NCBI GenBank assembly: GCA_038230375.1
Contig: JBBRNJ010000042.1
Location: forward strand, 10,525 to 74,524
Length of the DNA stretch: 64,000 bases
DNA from: Polyangiales bacterium
Lineage (GTDB): Bacteria > Myxococcota_A > Polyangia > Polyangiales > Polyangiaceae
Direction: 5' to 3'
Shown here: piece after piece, positions 50,136-60,318 of the stretch
Position numbering within the stretch: the first letter of the stretch is position 1
How the letters are laid out: each line of letters starts with the position of its first letter
The notes under the pieces: model-generated
What the model was told of the DNA's origin: nothing
What the model saw: only the letters and a program-made list of their open reading frames with translations
Database searches by the model: none
Made by a program: the position numbers and the translations under genes

Positions 50136-51325
50136 GCGAAGAGGACCACGCCGCGCTCGTCGGTCGCACGATCGCCGGGAAATTCCGCATCGAGAAGTAT
50201 CTCGGGGGTGGCGCCATGGGCGCGGTGTACCTTGCGCGGCAGACCGCGCTCGAGAAGAACGTCGCGGTGAAGGTGATGCACCCGCGCCTTGCCGCGGAGA
50301 AGAACTTCGCGACGCGTTTCCAGCGGGAGGCGAAGGCCGCGTCCCGCCTGGACCACGTGAACTCGGTGCGCATGCTCGACTTCGGCGAAGAGCCCGACGG
50401 CCTCCTCTACCTTGCAATGGAGTACCTGGAAGGTCGCAGCCTGCATGAGGTCATTGTCCAGGATTGGCCGCTCTCGAAGGCGCGCCTTGTTGACCTCCTG
50501 TCACAGGCGCTTGCCGCGCTCGCCGTCGCGCACGACATGGGCGTGGTGCATCGCGATCTGAAGCCAGAGAACCTGATGATCCTTCCCGTGAAGGATGACG
50601 AAGGACGCATGACGGACCTGGTGAAGGTCTGCGACTTTGGCATTGCCAAGCTCATGGATGGACCGCAAGACGGCGCCTCGTTCATCAGTACGGCTGGCGT
50701 CACCACGCAGGGCATGGTGGTGGGCACGCCCGAGTACATGTCGCCCGAGCAAGCCAAGGGCGAGGCGCTCGATGCCCGCAGCGATCTCTATTCCATGGGC
50801 GTGATCCTCTACCAGCTGCTGGTGGGCCGCGTGCCGTTCCACGCGGACAGCGCGATCGAGATCGTCCTCTCGCACGTCAACAAGCCGCCGCCGCCGCCCC
50901 ACGAGATCTACCCGCAGGTGGATCCCGAGCTCGAGGCAGTGTGTCTCCGCGCGCTGCGAAAGAACAAGGACGAGCGCTACCAGAACGCGCGCGAGATGCG
51001 CAGCGATCTCCGCGCCTCCGTGTTCGGACGCGAGCGGTTGCCTTCGGTCTCGCCGCTCGCCGCCGCGCCCTCGGGCTCCGTCTCCGCGATCCCGGTCCCC
51101 GAGCCCGCGCAGTTCGGCACCGCGCCCACCGTCGCGGGCATGGTGGCCCCGACCATTCCCGACGCCAGCGGCCCAGTCCCGGTCCCGGTCCGAACGGACG
51201 AAATGCCCACCCCGCTCCGGCAACAGACCGCCGCCGTGCCGCGGACGTGGAGCCCGCTCGTGGCGGTGGTAGCGCTCATCGTGGTGATCGCCGCCGCCTA
51301 CACGACCTGGCTCGCCATCCGCTGA
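50132..51325 (+). CDS. Hanks-type Ser/Thr protein kinase with C-terminal TM anchor
   Basis: GGGAMGAVY, VAVK, HRDLKPEN, DFG, GTPEYMSPE; Pro-rich linker; terminal hydrophobic helix; GTGA overlap. Confidence 0.95.
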   Translation: MSEEDHAALVGRTIAGKFRIEKYLGGGAMGAVYLARQTALEKNVAVKVMHPRLAAEKNFATRFQREAKAASRLDHVNSVRMLDFGEEPDGLLYLAMEYLEGRSLHEVIVQDWPLSKARLVDLLSQALAALAVAHDMGVVHRDLKPENLMILPVKDDEGRMTDLVKVCDFGIAKLMDGPQDGASFISTAGVTTQGMVVGTPEYMSPEQAKGEALDARSDLYSMGVILYQLLVGRVPFHADSAIEIVLSHVNKPPPPPHEIYPQVDPELEAVCLRALRKNKDERYQNAREMRSDLRASVFGRERLPSVSPLAAAPSGSVSAIPVPEPAQFGTAPTVAGMVAPTIPDASGPVPVPVRTDEMPTPLRQQTAAVPRTWSPLVAVVALIVVIAAAYTTWLAIR

Positions 51326-51394
51326 GGACGGCAGGCCTGCCAAAAAATCATCCGAGCCCCCTTGCGAACCGACGAAGGGGGCCACAAATCAATT

Positions 51395-51481
51395 GTACGA
51401 GACGCGCGTGACCCCTCCCCAACGCGTGCGTCTTCGGAGCGCCCGGCGAGAAACCCCTACTCGGCCGGGCGCTTGCTTTTT
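51395..51481 (+). ncRNA. Candidate small RNA with two C-rich-loop hairpins
   Basis: Stem 51400-51410/51423-51433 with loop ACCCCUCCCCAA; stem 51438-51450/51460-51473 with loop AAACCCCUA; then UGCUUUUU; upstream A-tract and CCCTTGCG...CCACAAAT. Confidence 0.55.
51438..51481 (+). terminator. Rho-independent terminator
   Basis: 10-bp perfect GC-rich stem AGCGCCCGGC/GCCGGGCGCT followed by TGCTTTTT. Confidence 0.75.
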
Positions 51482-51493
51482 ACGCTCAGACGC

Positions 51494-52072
51494 TCAGGTG
51501 TTTTCGATCAGCACGTCGCCCGTGAGGCGCGCGATATCGAGGTCTTCGGCATGCGCGCGACCGCGCACGATGGCCCAGCGGACTGCGTTGCGCATGGCAT
51601 AGGCTGCGGAGAGCGCGGCACGCACCGTGGGGAAGATCCACGAGAGCACTCCCGGCTGCACGTTGTGCCATGCGTAGACGACGAGCGTCACGTCGGTGTC
51701 GGGCGCGAGATCCGGCGACAGATGAACGCCTGAGTCGATCGCCAGACCTGCCGTTTCCGAGTCGCTCGCGACCGGCACCGCGTTGCCAAGGGCTCCCGCG
51801 ACAGCAGCACCGAGCTGCGACACCTCGGCGAGCTGCGACAGGGCGGGCAGCTCGGGAACGTCGATGTCGTGCTTCGCCGGCTCCATCGAGGACGGCAACT
51901 TGGCGCGCATCGGGATAATTCCTCCGACCACCGAGATCCCGTTCGCTTCGCTGGTGGCGCCATCCGCCCGTGCGTTCGTGGTCACCCGGATATCGTGTCC
52001 CGCGTCTGCGACCGGGCGATGCCGTGTGCCGTACGTTCTCGTGACGATCTTGGCCTGACTTCGCTTTGACAT
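51494..52072 (-). CDS. Hypothetical protein
   Basis: ATG 52072 preceded by a G7 SD-like tract; globular-looking C-terminus TLVVYAWHNVQPGVLSWIFP. Confidence 0.65.
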   Translation of the reverse strand: MSKRSQAKIVTRTYGTRHRPVADAGHDIRVTTNARADGATSEANGISVVGGIIPMRAKLPSSMEPAKHDIDVPELPALSQLAEVSQLGAAVAGALGNAVPVASDSETAGLAIDSGVHLSPDLAPDTDVTLVVYAWHNVQPGVLSWIFPTVRAALSAAYAMRNAVRWAIVRGRAHAEDLDIARLTGDVLIENT

Positions 52073-52206
52073 CGTCGAACTACCCCCCCAGAACAAACCT
52101 GCATATGGCCTAGAAACCGAGCTCTCGTAAAGGGAGAATTTTACAAAAGAACTGTCGCATTGCGTCATCGGCTACACTGCGTGGACTCCCTTCCGGGTGG
52201 CTACCC

Positions 52207-53676
<1,470 letters not shown>

Positions 53677-53683
53677 GCGCGCC

Positions 53684-55558
53684 ATGAGCCCGGTTGCCGC
53701 GCGCTTCGTCCCGAGGCTCTTGCTCGTGCAGCTTGGCGTGCATCTCATTGCCACGCTGATCATCTTCGCGTTCGCGCCGCGCGTCCTGCTGCTGGACCAG
53801 GAGACCGTGGATGCATGCTTCTACGCAGGTGCGAGCGTCACGTTCGCGCAGGCCGTGGGGATCACCGTTGTCACGTTCGTCTACGCACGGCCCATTCGCC
53901 GTCCGCTCATGCTCCTGCGCACGCAGAGCCCCGGCGTCACGGCCACGGATGTGACGCGCATCTATGCCATGCCCACGCGGCTCGTGCTGACGTGCGGTGG
54001 AGCGGCCCTGGTGATCGCAGCGCTCACGTACACGCCGCTGTCGCTCTTCTCCACGTTCGACCTCTACACGCACTCTGCGATCATCCTTTTTGCACTGACC
54101 CTGGGCAGCGCGGCACTGGTGCCGTCGTTCGTGATGATGCGAAGCGAGGCGCGCAAGGTGCTGGAGCTCGTGCCGCCGGATCTGGCGCGCGAGGCAACGC
54201 GCGAGGTGTCGGCGAAGCCGTTCGCGCCCGGCCGCGTGCGTCTGCGCTTCCTCATGGCCGTGGTCGCGCCCGTGGCCTTCGTCGCCATCGGCGCGTCGCT
54301 GCTGGTGTACGCGCACAATCGCGCGGCCGTGTCCGCCTCGCGCGAGCTGACCGCGGCGCTCGTGTCGCGCGTGGCGTTCGAGCCGGTCACTGGCGACGAC
54401 GAGATGGGCAAGCGCAGCGTGATGCAGGCGCTCGGCGACCAGGGCTATCGCGTGGCGCTCGGCCCGCAGTCCGACGGCGCGCCGCGCGTGGTCCACGGCG
54501 ATGACGGCGATGCGCAGGTGCGGACGCCCGTGTCGGACAAGAGCGTGCTGCTCACGTTCTCCGCGCCGCCCCTCTCCGCCATGCTGTGGGGCTACATGCT
54601 GCTCACGCTGCTGGCCACAGTGGCCGCCGGCATCCTCGGCGATCGCTTCGGTGCCACGTTCCAGGCAGACGTGATGCTCGCCACGCGAGAGATCCGCACC
54701 GCGGGCATTGCGCAGGTCATGCAGGGTACACGCATCTTCGGTGAGGCCCGCTTCCGCAATGTCGCGGAGCTGCTCTCCGTGGTGGACGCGCTGGGCTCGG
54801 TGTTCCGCAGCTTCGCCGTCACGCAGGTGCGCGCCACGGAGACGCGCGAGGCCACGGAGCGTATGCGCGGCCTCTTTCTTGCGGCCATGAGCCACGACCT
54901 GAAGGGGCCGCTCAACGCCGTGCTGGGCTTCGCGGAGCTGGTACAGCGCAGCCCGCTGTCGGCCGGTCAACAGGAGAGCATCGCCATCATCGAGCAGCGC
55001 GGGCGCGAGCTCCTCATGCTCATCCAGACCATCCTGGACTCGGCCCTTGCAGAGGCGGGCGAGCTCGACATCTCGCCCGAGTGGACGATGGTCGGCGACG
55101 TCGTGATGAGCGCGGTGCTCGACACGCGGGACCTCATTGCGGGCTCCGCGGTGCAGATCCAGGCGGAGATCCAGCCCGGCATCCCCAAGCTCAGCCTGGA
55201 CACGACGCGCGCGGTGCAGGCGCTCACGTCGATCATCCTCACGTCGGCGCGGCTGGCTGATCGCGGCGTGGTGTCGGTGCGCGCCACGATGCCGGACTCG
55301 GCGGATCGCCTGCGGATCGAGATCGAGAGCCCCGCGAACAATCTGCGCACGGAGGAGCGCGACAAGATGTTCGAGGCCTTCAAGCACGTCGGAAGCGCAC
55401 GCAAGCACGGAGCGCTCGGGCTGGGGCTATCGCTGGCGCGGTCCATCGTCGAGATCCACGGAGGCAGCATCGAGGTCGAGCTGTCCGGCGGCGGCGGCGC
55501 CGTGTTTCGCATGTGGCTGCCGATCCGCGCGAGTCGTCCGTCGCTCCACGGAGCCTGA
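53684..55558 (+). CDS. Multi-TM histidine-kinase-like protein with degenerate ATPase domain
   Basis: H-box MSHDLKGPLNAV intact; N-box region reads QALTSIILTSAR; G1 region reads IESPANNL; G2 GALGLGL. Confidence 0.85.
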   Translation: MSPVAARFVPRLLLVQLGVHLIATLIIFAFAPRVLLLDQETVDACFYAGASVTFAQAVGITVVTFVYARPIRRPLMLLRTQSPGVTATDVTRIYAMPTRLVLTCGGAALVIAALTYTPLSLFSTFDLYTHSAIILFALTLGSAALVPSFVMMRSEARKVLELVPPDLAREATREVSAKPFAPGRVRLRFLMAVVAPVAFVAIGASLLVYAHNRAAVSASRELTAALVSRVAFEPVTGDDEMGKRSVMQALGDQGYRVALGPQSDGAPRVVHGDDGDAQVRTPVSDKSVLLTFSAPPLSAMLWGYMLLTLLATVAAGILGDRFGATFQADVMLATREIRTAGIAQVMQGTRIFGEARFRNVAELLSVVDALGSVFRSFAVTQVRATETREATERMRGLFLAAMSHDLKGPLNAVLGFAELVQRSPLSAGQQESIAIIEQRGRELLMLIQTILDSALAEAGELDISPEWTMVGDVVMSAVLDTRDLIAGSAVQIQAEIQPGIPKLSLDTTRAVQALTSIILTSARLADRGVVSVRATMPDSADRLRIEIESPANNLRTEERDKMFEAFKHVGSARKHGALGLGLSLARSIVEIHGGSIEVELSGGGGAVFRMWLPIRASRPSLHGA

Positions 55559-55599
55559 ACGCTCGCCGCGCGTCGTCGTTCGCGTTAGGCTTCTGGGCG

Positions 55600-57516
55600 A
55601 TGAACGCTGGGATGGCCGACCATCTGAGGCAGGTGTTCCTGAGCTCTCGCGATGCGCTTGGCGTGTCGATACGGGGTGAGCACGTGATGGTCAACCCGTC
55701 CTACGTCTCGCTCTTCGGCTACGACCGCGAGGACGAGCTCGTGGGGACACCGATCCTGTCTCTCATCGCGCCGGAGGAGCGTGTCGCCGTGGCCGCCAAC
55801 GTGGCGCTGCGTTCCGACGGAAAGTCCCCGCCCACCACCTACGAGAGCCGTGGCCTGCGCCGCGACGGCAGCGAGTTCGAGCTGGAGGTCCACGCGTCGA
55901 GCTACGGCGACGAACGTGGCATCTACACGCTCGTGACACTGCGCGACGTCACGGCGCGCAACCGGGCCGCGCGCGAGCTCGCCGAGAGCGAACAGAAGTT
56001 CCGGATGCTGACGGAGCAGTCGCTGCTGGGCGTGTGTATCCTGCAAGATGAGCGGCTCGTCTTTGCGAACCGCGTCCTGTGCGAGATGGTGGAGCTCTCG
56101 CATGCCGAGATGCTTGGCCTTCCCGTGGAGCGCCTGCGAGGCTTCGTCCACCCGGGCGATCTCACCAAGGTCCTGGCGCAAGGGCCGAGCAAGGCCACGG
56201 AGTCAGGGGGGAACCAGGTCACCTTTCGCCTGGTCACCAGCACAGGACGCATGCGGTGGGTCGAATTCCACTCGAAGCCAATCACCTACGATGGCCGGCC
56301 CGCGGTGCTGATAAGCCAGCTGGACGTTGACGCGCGGCACGCCGCCGAAGCCGAGCGAAAGACGCTCGAGGAGGCGCTGCGGCAGTCACAGAAGATGGAG
56401 GCCGTGGGTCGCCTTGCCGGCGGCATCGCGCACGACTTCAACAATCTCCTCACCATCATCCTGGGCAATCTTCATTTCGTGCGCGGCGGTGTGACCGACG
56501 GAAGCATTGCGGCGGACGCGCTGGAAGAGTCCGTCACGGCGACGGGGCGCGCGGCCCAGCTCACCTCTCAGCTCCTGGCGTTCTCGCGCAAGCAGGTGAT
56601 CGCGCCGCGGTCCATCGACATCAACGACGTCGTGCGGAACACGCAGTCACTCTTGCGTCGAACCATCGGTGCCGACATCGACCTGTCCGTGCACATCGCC
56701 CCATCGCTCCCGCGCATCCACGCGGACACCGCCCAGCTGGAGCAGGTCCTCGTGAACCTGGTCGTCAACGCGCGCGATGCCGTGTCGTCGGGAGGCCACA
56801 TTCGCGTGGAGACGGCAGCGGAGGTGCTGGACGCAGCACGGTGTGCGGCTCTCGGAATATCGCCCCCGGGCCTCTACGTTCGCCTCTCCGTCGAGGACGA
56901 CGGCCATGGCATGAGCGCCGACGTGCAACGCCAGATCTTCGAGCCGTTCTTCACCACGAAGCCAGTGGGGCAGGGGACGGGCCTTGGCCTCGCGATGGCG
57001 TTCGGCGCGGTGGCGCAGAACCTCGGGAAGATCACCGTTCGCTCCTCGCCCGGCCAGGGCGCAAGGTTCGACGTCTTCCTGCCGCCTGTCGCGACCTCTG
57101 CCATCGCAGCTCAGGAGGCGCCGGACAGTACCCCGCGCGGGGGCACCGAGCTCATACTCGTGGTCGAGGACCAGGACGCGCTACGAAAGCTTGCGGAGCG
57201 TATTCTCCAGGGTCTTGGCTACCAGGTCATCGCCTGCGCCGACGGGCAGGGCGCGATCACGGCGGTCGCGAACGCGACGCAGCCCGTGGACCTGCTCTTC
57301 ACCGACATGATCATGCCGGGAATGAGCGGGCGTGACCTTGCCGTGCGGCTGCGTGCAGATCGCCCGTCGCTGCGCGTGCTCTTCACCTCGGGCTACACGC
57401 GCGACGCCGTCGATGTCGCCGGTAAGATCGAGCCCAAGATCGAGTTCCTCAGGAAGCCGTACTTGCCGGATGATCTCGCGCGCCGCGTGCGAGAGCTGCT
57501 CGACTACCCCGAGTGA
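55600..57516 (+). CDS. Cytoplasmic PAS-PAS hybrid histidine kinase with receiver domain
   Basis: Two PAS units; QKMEAVGRLAGGIAHDFNNLL, NLVVNARDA, DDGHGM, FEPFFTTK, GTGLGL; REC LVVEDQ...LFTDMIMPG. Confidence 0.93.
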   Translation: MNAGMADHLRQVFLSSRDALGVSIRGEHVMVNPSYVSLFGYDREDELVGTPILSLIAPEERVAVAANVALRSDGKSPPTTYESRGLRRDGSEFELEVHASSYGDERGIYTLVTLRDVTARNRAARELAESEQKFRMLTEQSLLGVCILQDERLVFANRVLCEMVELSHAEMLGLPVERLRGFVHPGDLTKVLAQGPSKATESGGNQVTFRLVTSTGRMRWVEFHSKPITYDGRPAVLISQLDVDARHAAEAERKTLEEALRQSQKMEAVGRLAGGIAHDFNNLLTIILGNLHFVRGGVTDGSIAADALEESVTATGRAAQLTSQLLAFSRKQVIAPRSIDINDVVRNTQSLLRRTIGADIDLSVHIAPSLPRIHADTAQLEQVLVNLVVNARDAVSSGGHIRVETAAEVLDAARCAALGISPPGLYVRLSVEDDGHGMSADVQRQIFEPFFTTKPVGQGTGLGLAMAFGAVAQNLGKITVRSSPGQGARFDVFLPPVATSAIAAQEAPDSTPRGGTELILVVEDQDALRKLAERILQGLGYQVIACADGQGAITAVANATQPVDLLFTDMIMPGMSGRDLAVRLRADRPSLRVLFTSGYTRDAVDVAGKIEPKIEFLRKPYLPDDLARRVRELLDYPE

Positions 57517-57668
57517 GCACGTGCAACGGTGTGTTCCCGGCGCGCCCCTTTCTCATCGCGCTGGCGAGCCACACCAAGCTCACGATCGACGCCAAGAAAA
57601 CGCAGTAAAACAGCTTCTGACATCGTCGCGGGGATGCGCGCACGCGGAACCTTCGCTATAGTCCGGAT

Positions 57669-58832
57669 GTGATCTGGCTCTTCCTCCTCCTCCGCAAGAC
57701 GTACAACGCGCGCACGGGCTTCGTGCACATGGACTGCCCGTACGGTTGCCCCAGCTGCGGCGCGCAATGCACCGGGCGCGTCTTCGCCGAGGGCTTCGGC
57801 ACCTACCAGTCGGCGTGGGGCCACGTCGCGAACGGCTTCGACATCGCGCAGGGCTTCGCGTCGCAGAACTATTACCATCTCGTGCGCTCGCTGCTCGGAA
57901 GCGCGGCGTGCCCCGCCTGCGGGAGGTTCGCGCCTGTGCTTGTCAGCCAGACCGAGCACCAGGCCGCGATCCGCGTGGACCGCGCGACGTCGCGCTTCAT
58001 CTGGGCGGGCACGGCCGCGGGCGTCGTCCTGGTGCTCCTTCTCGGCGGCGCGCTGTACGACAAGAGCGGGTGGCTCGCGCTCCTTGGGCTCAGCCTGGCC
58101 GTCGCGTGCGGGCTCCTCGTCCTGCATGCGCGTACGCCCAACGGCCTGCCGCTTCGCCTGAGCCACCCGCGCAACGTGTCGTTCTACTGGCAAGACCAGT
58201 GGGTTGTGCCGAACACCACGTACGCGCCGTCGCAAGACACGCCGGTCGCGCGCAGCGGGCTCTTCTCCGGCCTCACCTACGGGGGCGCTTGCGTCGCTGG
58301 CCTCGCGGCGGTCACCACACTCGTGACGTGGGCCTCCGGCTTCCAGACCTTGCGCGTGGTGAACATGGAGGATGCAGCCATCCACATCGTGGTCGACGAC
58401 GAGCCCCTGGGCGACGTGACCACACACGTGGAGGCGACTGCGGACGCACCTCAGCAAACCTTCTCGCTGCGGTCGGGGAGCCACGTGATCGAGGCATTTT
58501 CAGCCGACAACGTGCTCATCGAGCGCCGCACCATCGATTTCCACGCGTTCGATCGGCAGTGGATCTTCGCGCCGCGCCCACGGCTCCACAACGCGTGCCT
58601 GGCGACCGTGGTGACGACGTACTCGAAATACGGGAGCGCGCCCGCGCCCGTGATCACGCCCTATCCGCCGCAGCCCTTCACCACGCGCGTGGATGACGCG
58701 CTCGTGGGCTCGCCCACCTCGGTGACGATGGACCAGAACACGTCGGAGACCACGCGAACGGCGCTCCGCGTCTTCGACTGCTCCACGATGGACGACGAGC
58801 CCGCCTCGTTTGCCACGCGCCCGCGCCACTGA
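57669..58832 (+). CDS. Hypothetical membrane protein with N-terminal zinc-ribbon-like Cys pairs
   Basis: CPSCG and CPACG motifs, 3 TM segments, beta-rich C-terminal domain; TATAGT 6 nt upstream of GTG. Confidence 0.72.
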   Translation: MIWLFLLLRKTYNARTGFVHMDCPYGCPSCGAQCTGRVFAEGFGTYQSAWGHVANGFDIAQGFASQNYYHLVRSLLGSAACPACGRFAPVLVSQTEHQAAIRVDRATSRFIWAGTAAGVVLVLLLGGALYDKSGWLALLGLSLAVACGLLVLHARTPNGLPLRLSHPRNVSFYWQDQWVVPNTTYAPSQDTPVARSGLFSGLTYGGACVAGLAAVTTLVTWASGFQTLRVVNMEDAAIHIVVDDEPLGDVTTHVEATADAPQQTFSLRSGSHVIEAFSADNVLIERRTIDFHAFDRQWIFAPRPRLHNACLATVVTTYSKYGSAPAPVITPYPPQPFTTRVDDALVGSPTSVTMDQNTSETTRTALRVFDCSTMDDEPASFATRPRH

Positions 58833-58835
58833 CGC

Positions 58836-60284
58836 TCACGCCTTCGCGACCGCCTCGATCGCGCAGAGGACGCCGCGCGCCTTGCTCCGTGTCTCGTCCG
58901 CCTCCGCGCGCGGATCGCTCGCCTCCACGAGACCGGCGCCCGCAGTGACCTCGAACACTCCGTTCTTGCAGGTGGTCGTGCGGATCGCGATCGCAAAGTC
59001 CAGGTCGCCAGTGTCCGCCACGTAGCCCACCGCACCGCCGTAGATGTTGCGGGGGCGCGCCTCCAGCTCGCGGATGATCTGCATGGCGCGGATCTTCGGC
59101 GCGCCGGACAGCGTGCCCGCCGGGAACGCAGCGCGCACCACGTCCATCGGCGGCGTGGTGGCTGCCACCTTGCCTCGTACCTCGCTCACGATGTGCATCA
59201 CATGCGAGTAGCGCTCGATCGCCATCGTCTTCGTGAGGTGCACGCTGCCGATCTCTGCGACGCGGCCCACGTCGTTGCGGCCCAGGTCGATCAGCATGAC
59301 GTGCTCTGCGCGCTCCTTCGGGTCACTGAGCAGCTCGGCCTCACGCGCGCGATCTTCCTCGTCCGTCTTGCCACGCGGCCGCGTGCCTGCGAGCGGGCGC
59401 ACAGTCATCGTGCCCTCCTCCAGGCGCACCATGGTCTCCGGGCTCGCGCCTGCGATCTGTGTGCGGGTGCTCTCGCCCTTCGCGGGCGGCAGATCCAGAT
59501 AGTACATGTACGGCGACGGGTTGATGAGCCGCAGCGCGCGATACACGTCGAACGGATCGCGCCCCGCCGCAGGCACGGAGAAGGTGCGCGCGATGACGAT
59601 CTGAAATGCGTCGCCAGCTGCGATGTACTCCTTCGCAGCGAGCACGCGCGATTCGTACTCGGCGTCGCTCAGGTCCACGGTGACGTCGCTCGGGATCTTC
59701 GCGCGGTCCGGCACCTGGATCTCGCGGAGCCGCGCGTAGGGCGTGGCAAGCAGCTCCGCGATCGCGCGATCGACGGATTCCTGCGAGGCCGCTGCCACGG
59801 TCACGGTCTGCGACAGCGCGTCGAACACCACGACGGTCGAACCGCCGAAGAGGCGCGCCAGCGGCACGAAGTTCTTCGCCCACGTCTCGTCCTTGCCCGC
59901 CGGCACCTTCTCCATCACGTGGACGATGTCCCACGCCAGGTACCCCACGTGCGCGCGCGCCAGCTTCTCCGCGACGCTCTTCGGCGCGGCGTCCGTGGTG
60001 TTGCGCACCAGATCCGCGATCACCGCGAGTGGACCGTCGCTGGCGTTCGGCCTGCGCAGCGGCCGCGGGGGCGCAGCGCCTTCGATCTCCCAACCGGTCC
60101 TCAGCAAGCGGGCCTCGTACGTGGGGCGATAGCCGAGGATCGAGTAGCGCGCCCACCGCTCTCCGCCCACCACGCTCTCGAAGAGGAATGACGCGCCGTT
60201 GGGATCCTTCGCGCGCAGGTTCGCGTACGCCTGCACGGGCGTGAGCCCGTCAGCCACGATCGTCTTCGTGTGGATGTTGCTCAT
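58836..60284 (-). CDS. trpE: Anthranilate synthase component I
   Basis: LTPV, FLFES..GGERWARYS, AGDAFQIV, NPSPYM, GASPE, PLAGT, KERAEH.MLIDLGRND, FPAGTLSGAPK, YGGAVG. Confidence 0.92.
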   Translation of the reverse strand: MSNIHTKTIVADGLTPVQAYANLRAKDPNGASFLFESVVGGERWARYSILGYRPTYEARLLRTGWEIEGAAPPRPLRRPNASDGPLAVIADLVRNTTDAAPKSVAEKLARAHVGYLAWDIVHVMEKVPAGKDETWAKNFVPLARLFGGSTVVVFDALSQTVTVAAASQESVDRAIAELLATPYARLREIQVPDRAKIPSDVTVDLSDAEYESRVLAAKEYIAAGDAFQIVIARTFSVPAAGRDPFDVYRALRLINPSPYMYYLDLPPAKGESTRTQIAGASPETMVRLEEGTMTVRPLAGTRPRGKTDEEDRAREAELLSDPKERAEHVMLIDLGRNDVGRVAEIGSVHLTKTMAIERYSHVMHIVSEVRGKVAATTPPMDVVRAAFPAGTLSGAPKIRAMQIIRELEARPRNIYGGAVGYVADTGDLDFAIAIRTTTCKNGVFEVTAGAGLVEASDPRAEADETRSKARGVLCAIEAVAKA

Positions 60285-60303
60285 TGCGTGTAAATTACAC
60301 TCA
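60285..60303. promoter_or_regulatory. Palindromic operator-like site overlapping the putative -10 of trpE
   Basis: TGcGTGTAA-A-TTACACtCA; on the minus strand TAATTT lies 7 nt before the trpE ATG. Confidence 0.55.
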
Positions 60304-60318
60304 TTGCACGCGGCTTTT

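Noticed and set aside
60281..60304. Mini-ORF MSVIYTQ as a trp leader peptide
   Set aside because: No Trp codons and no terminator/antiterminator structure
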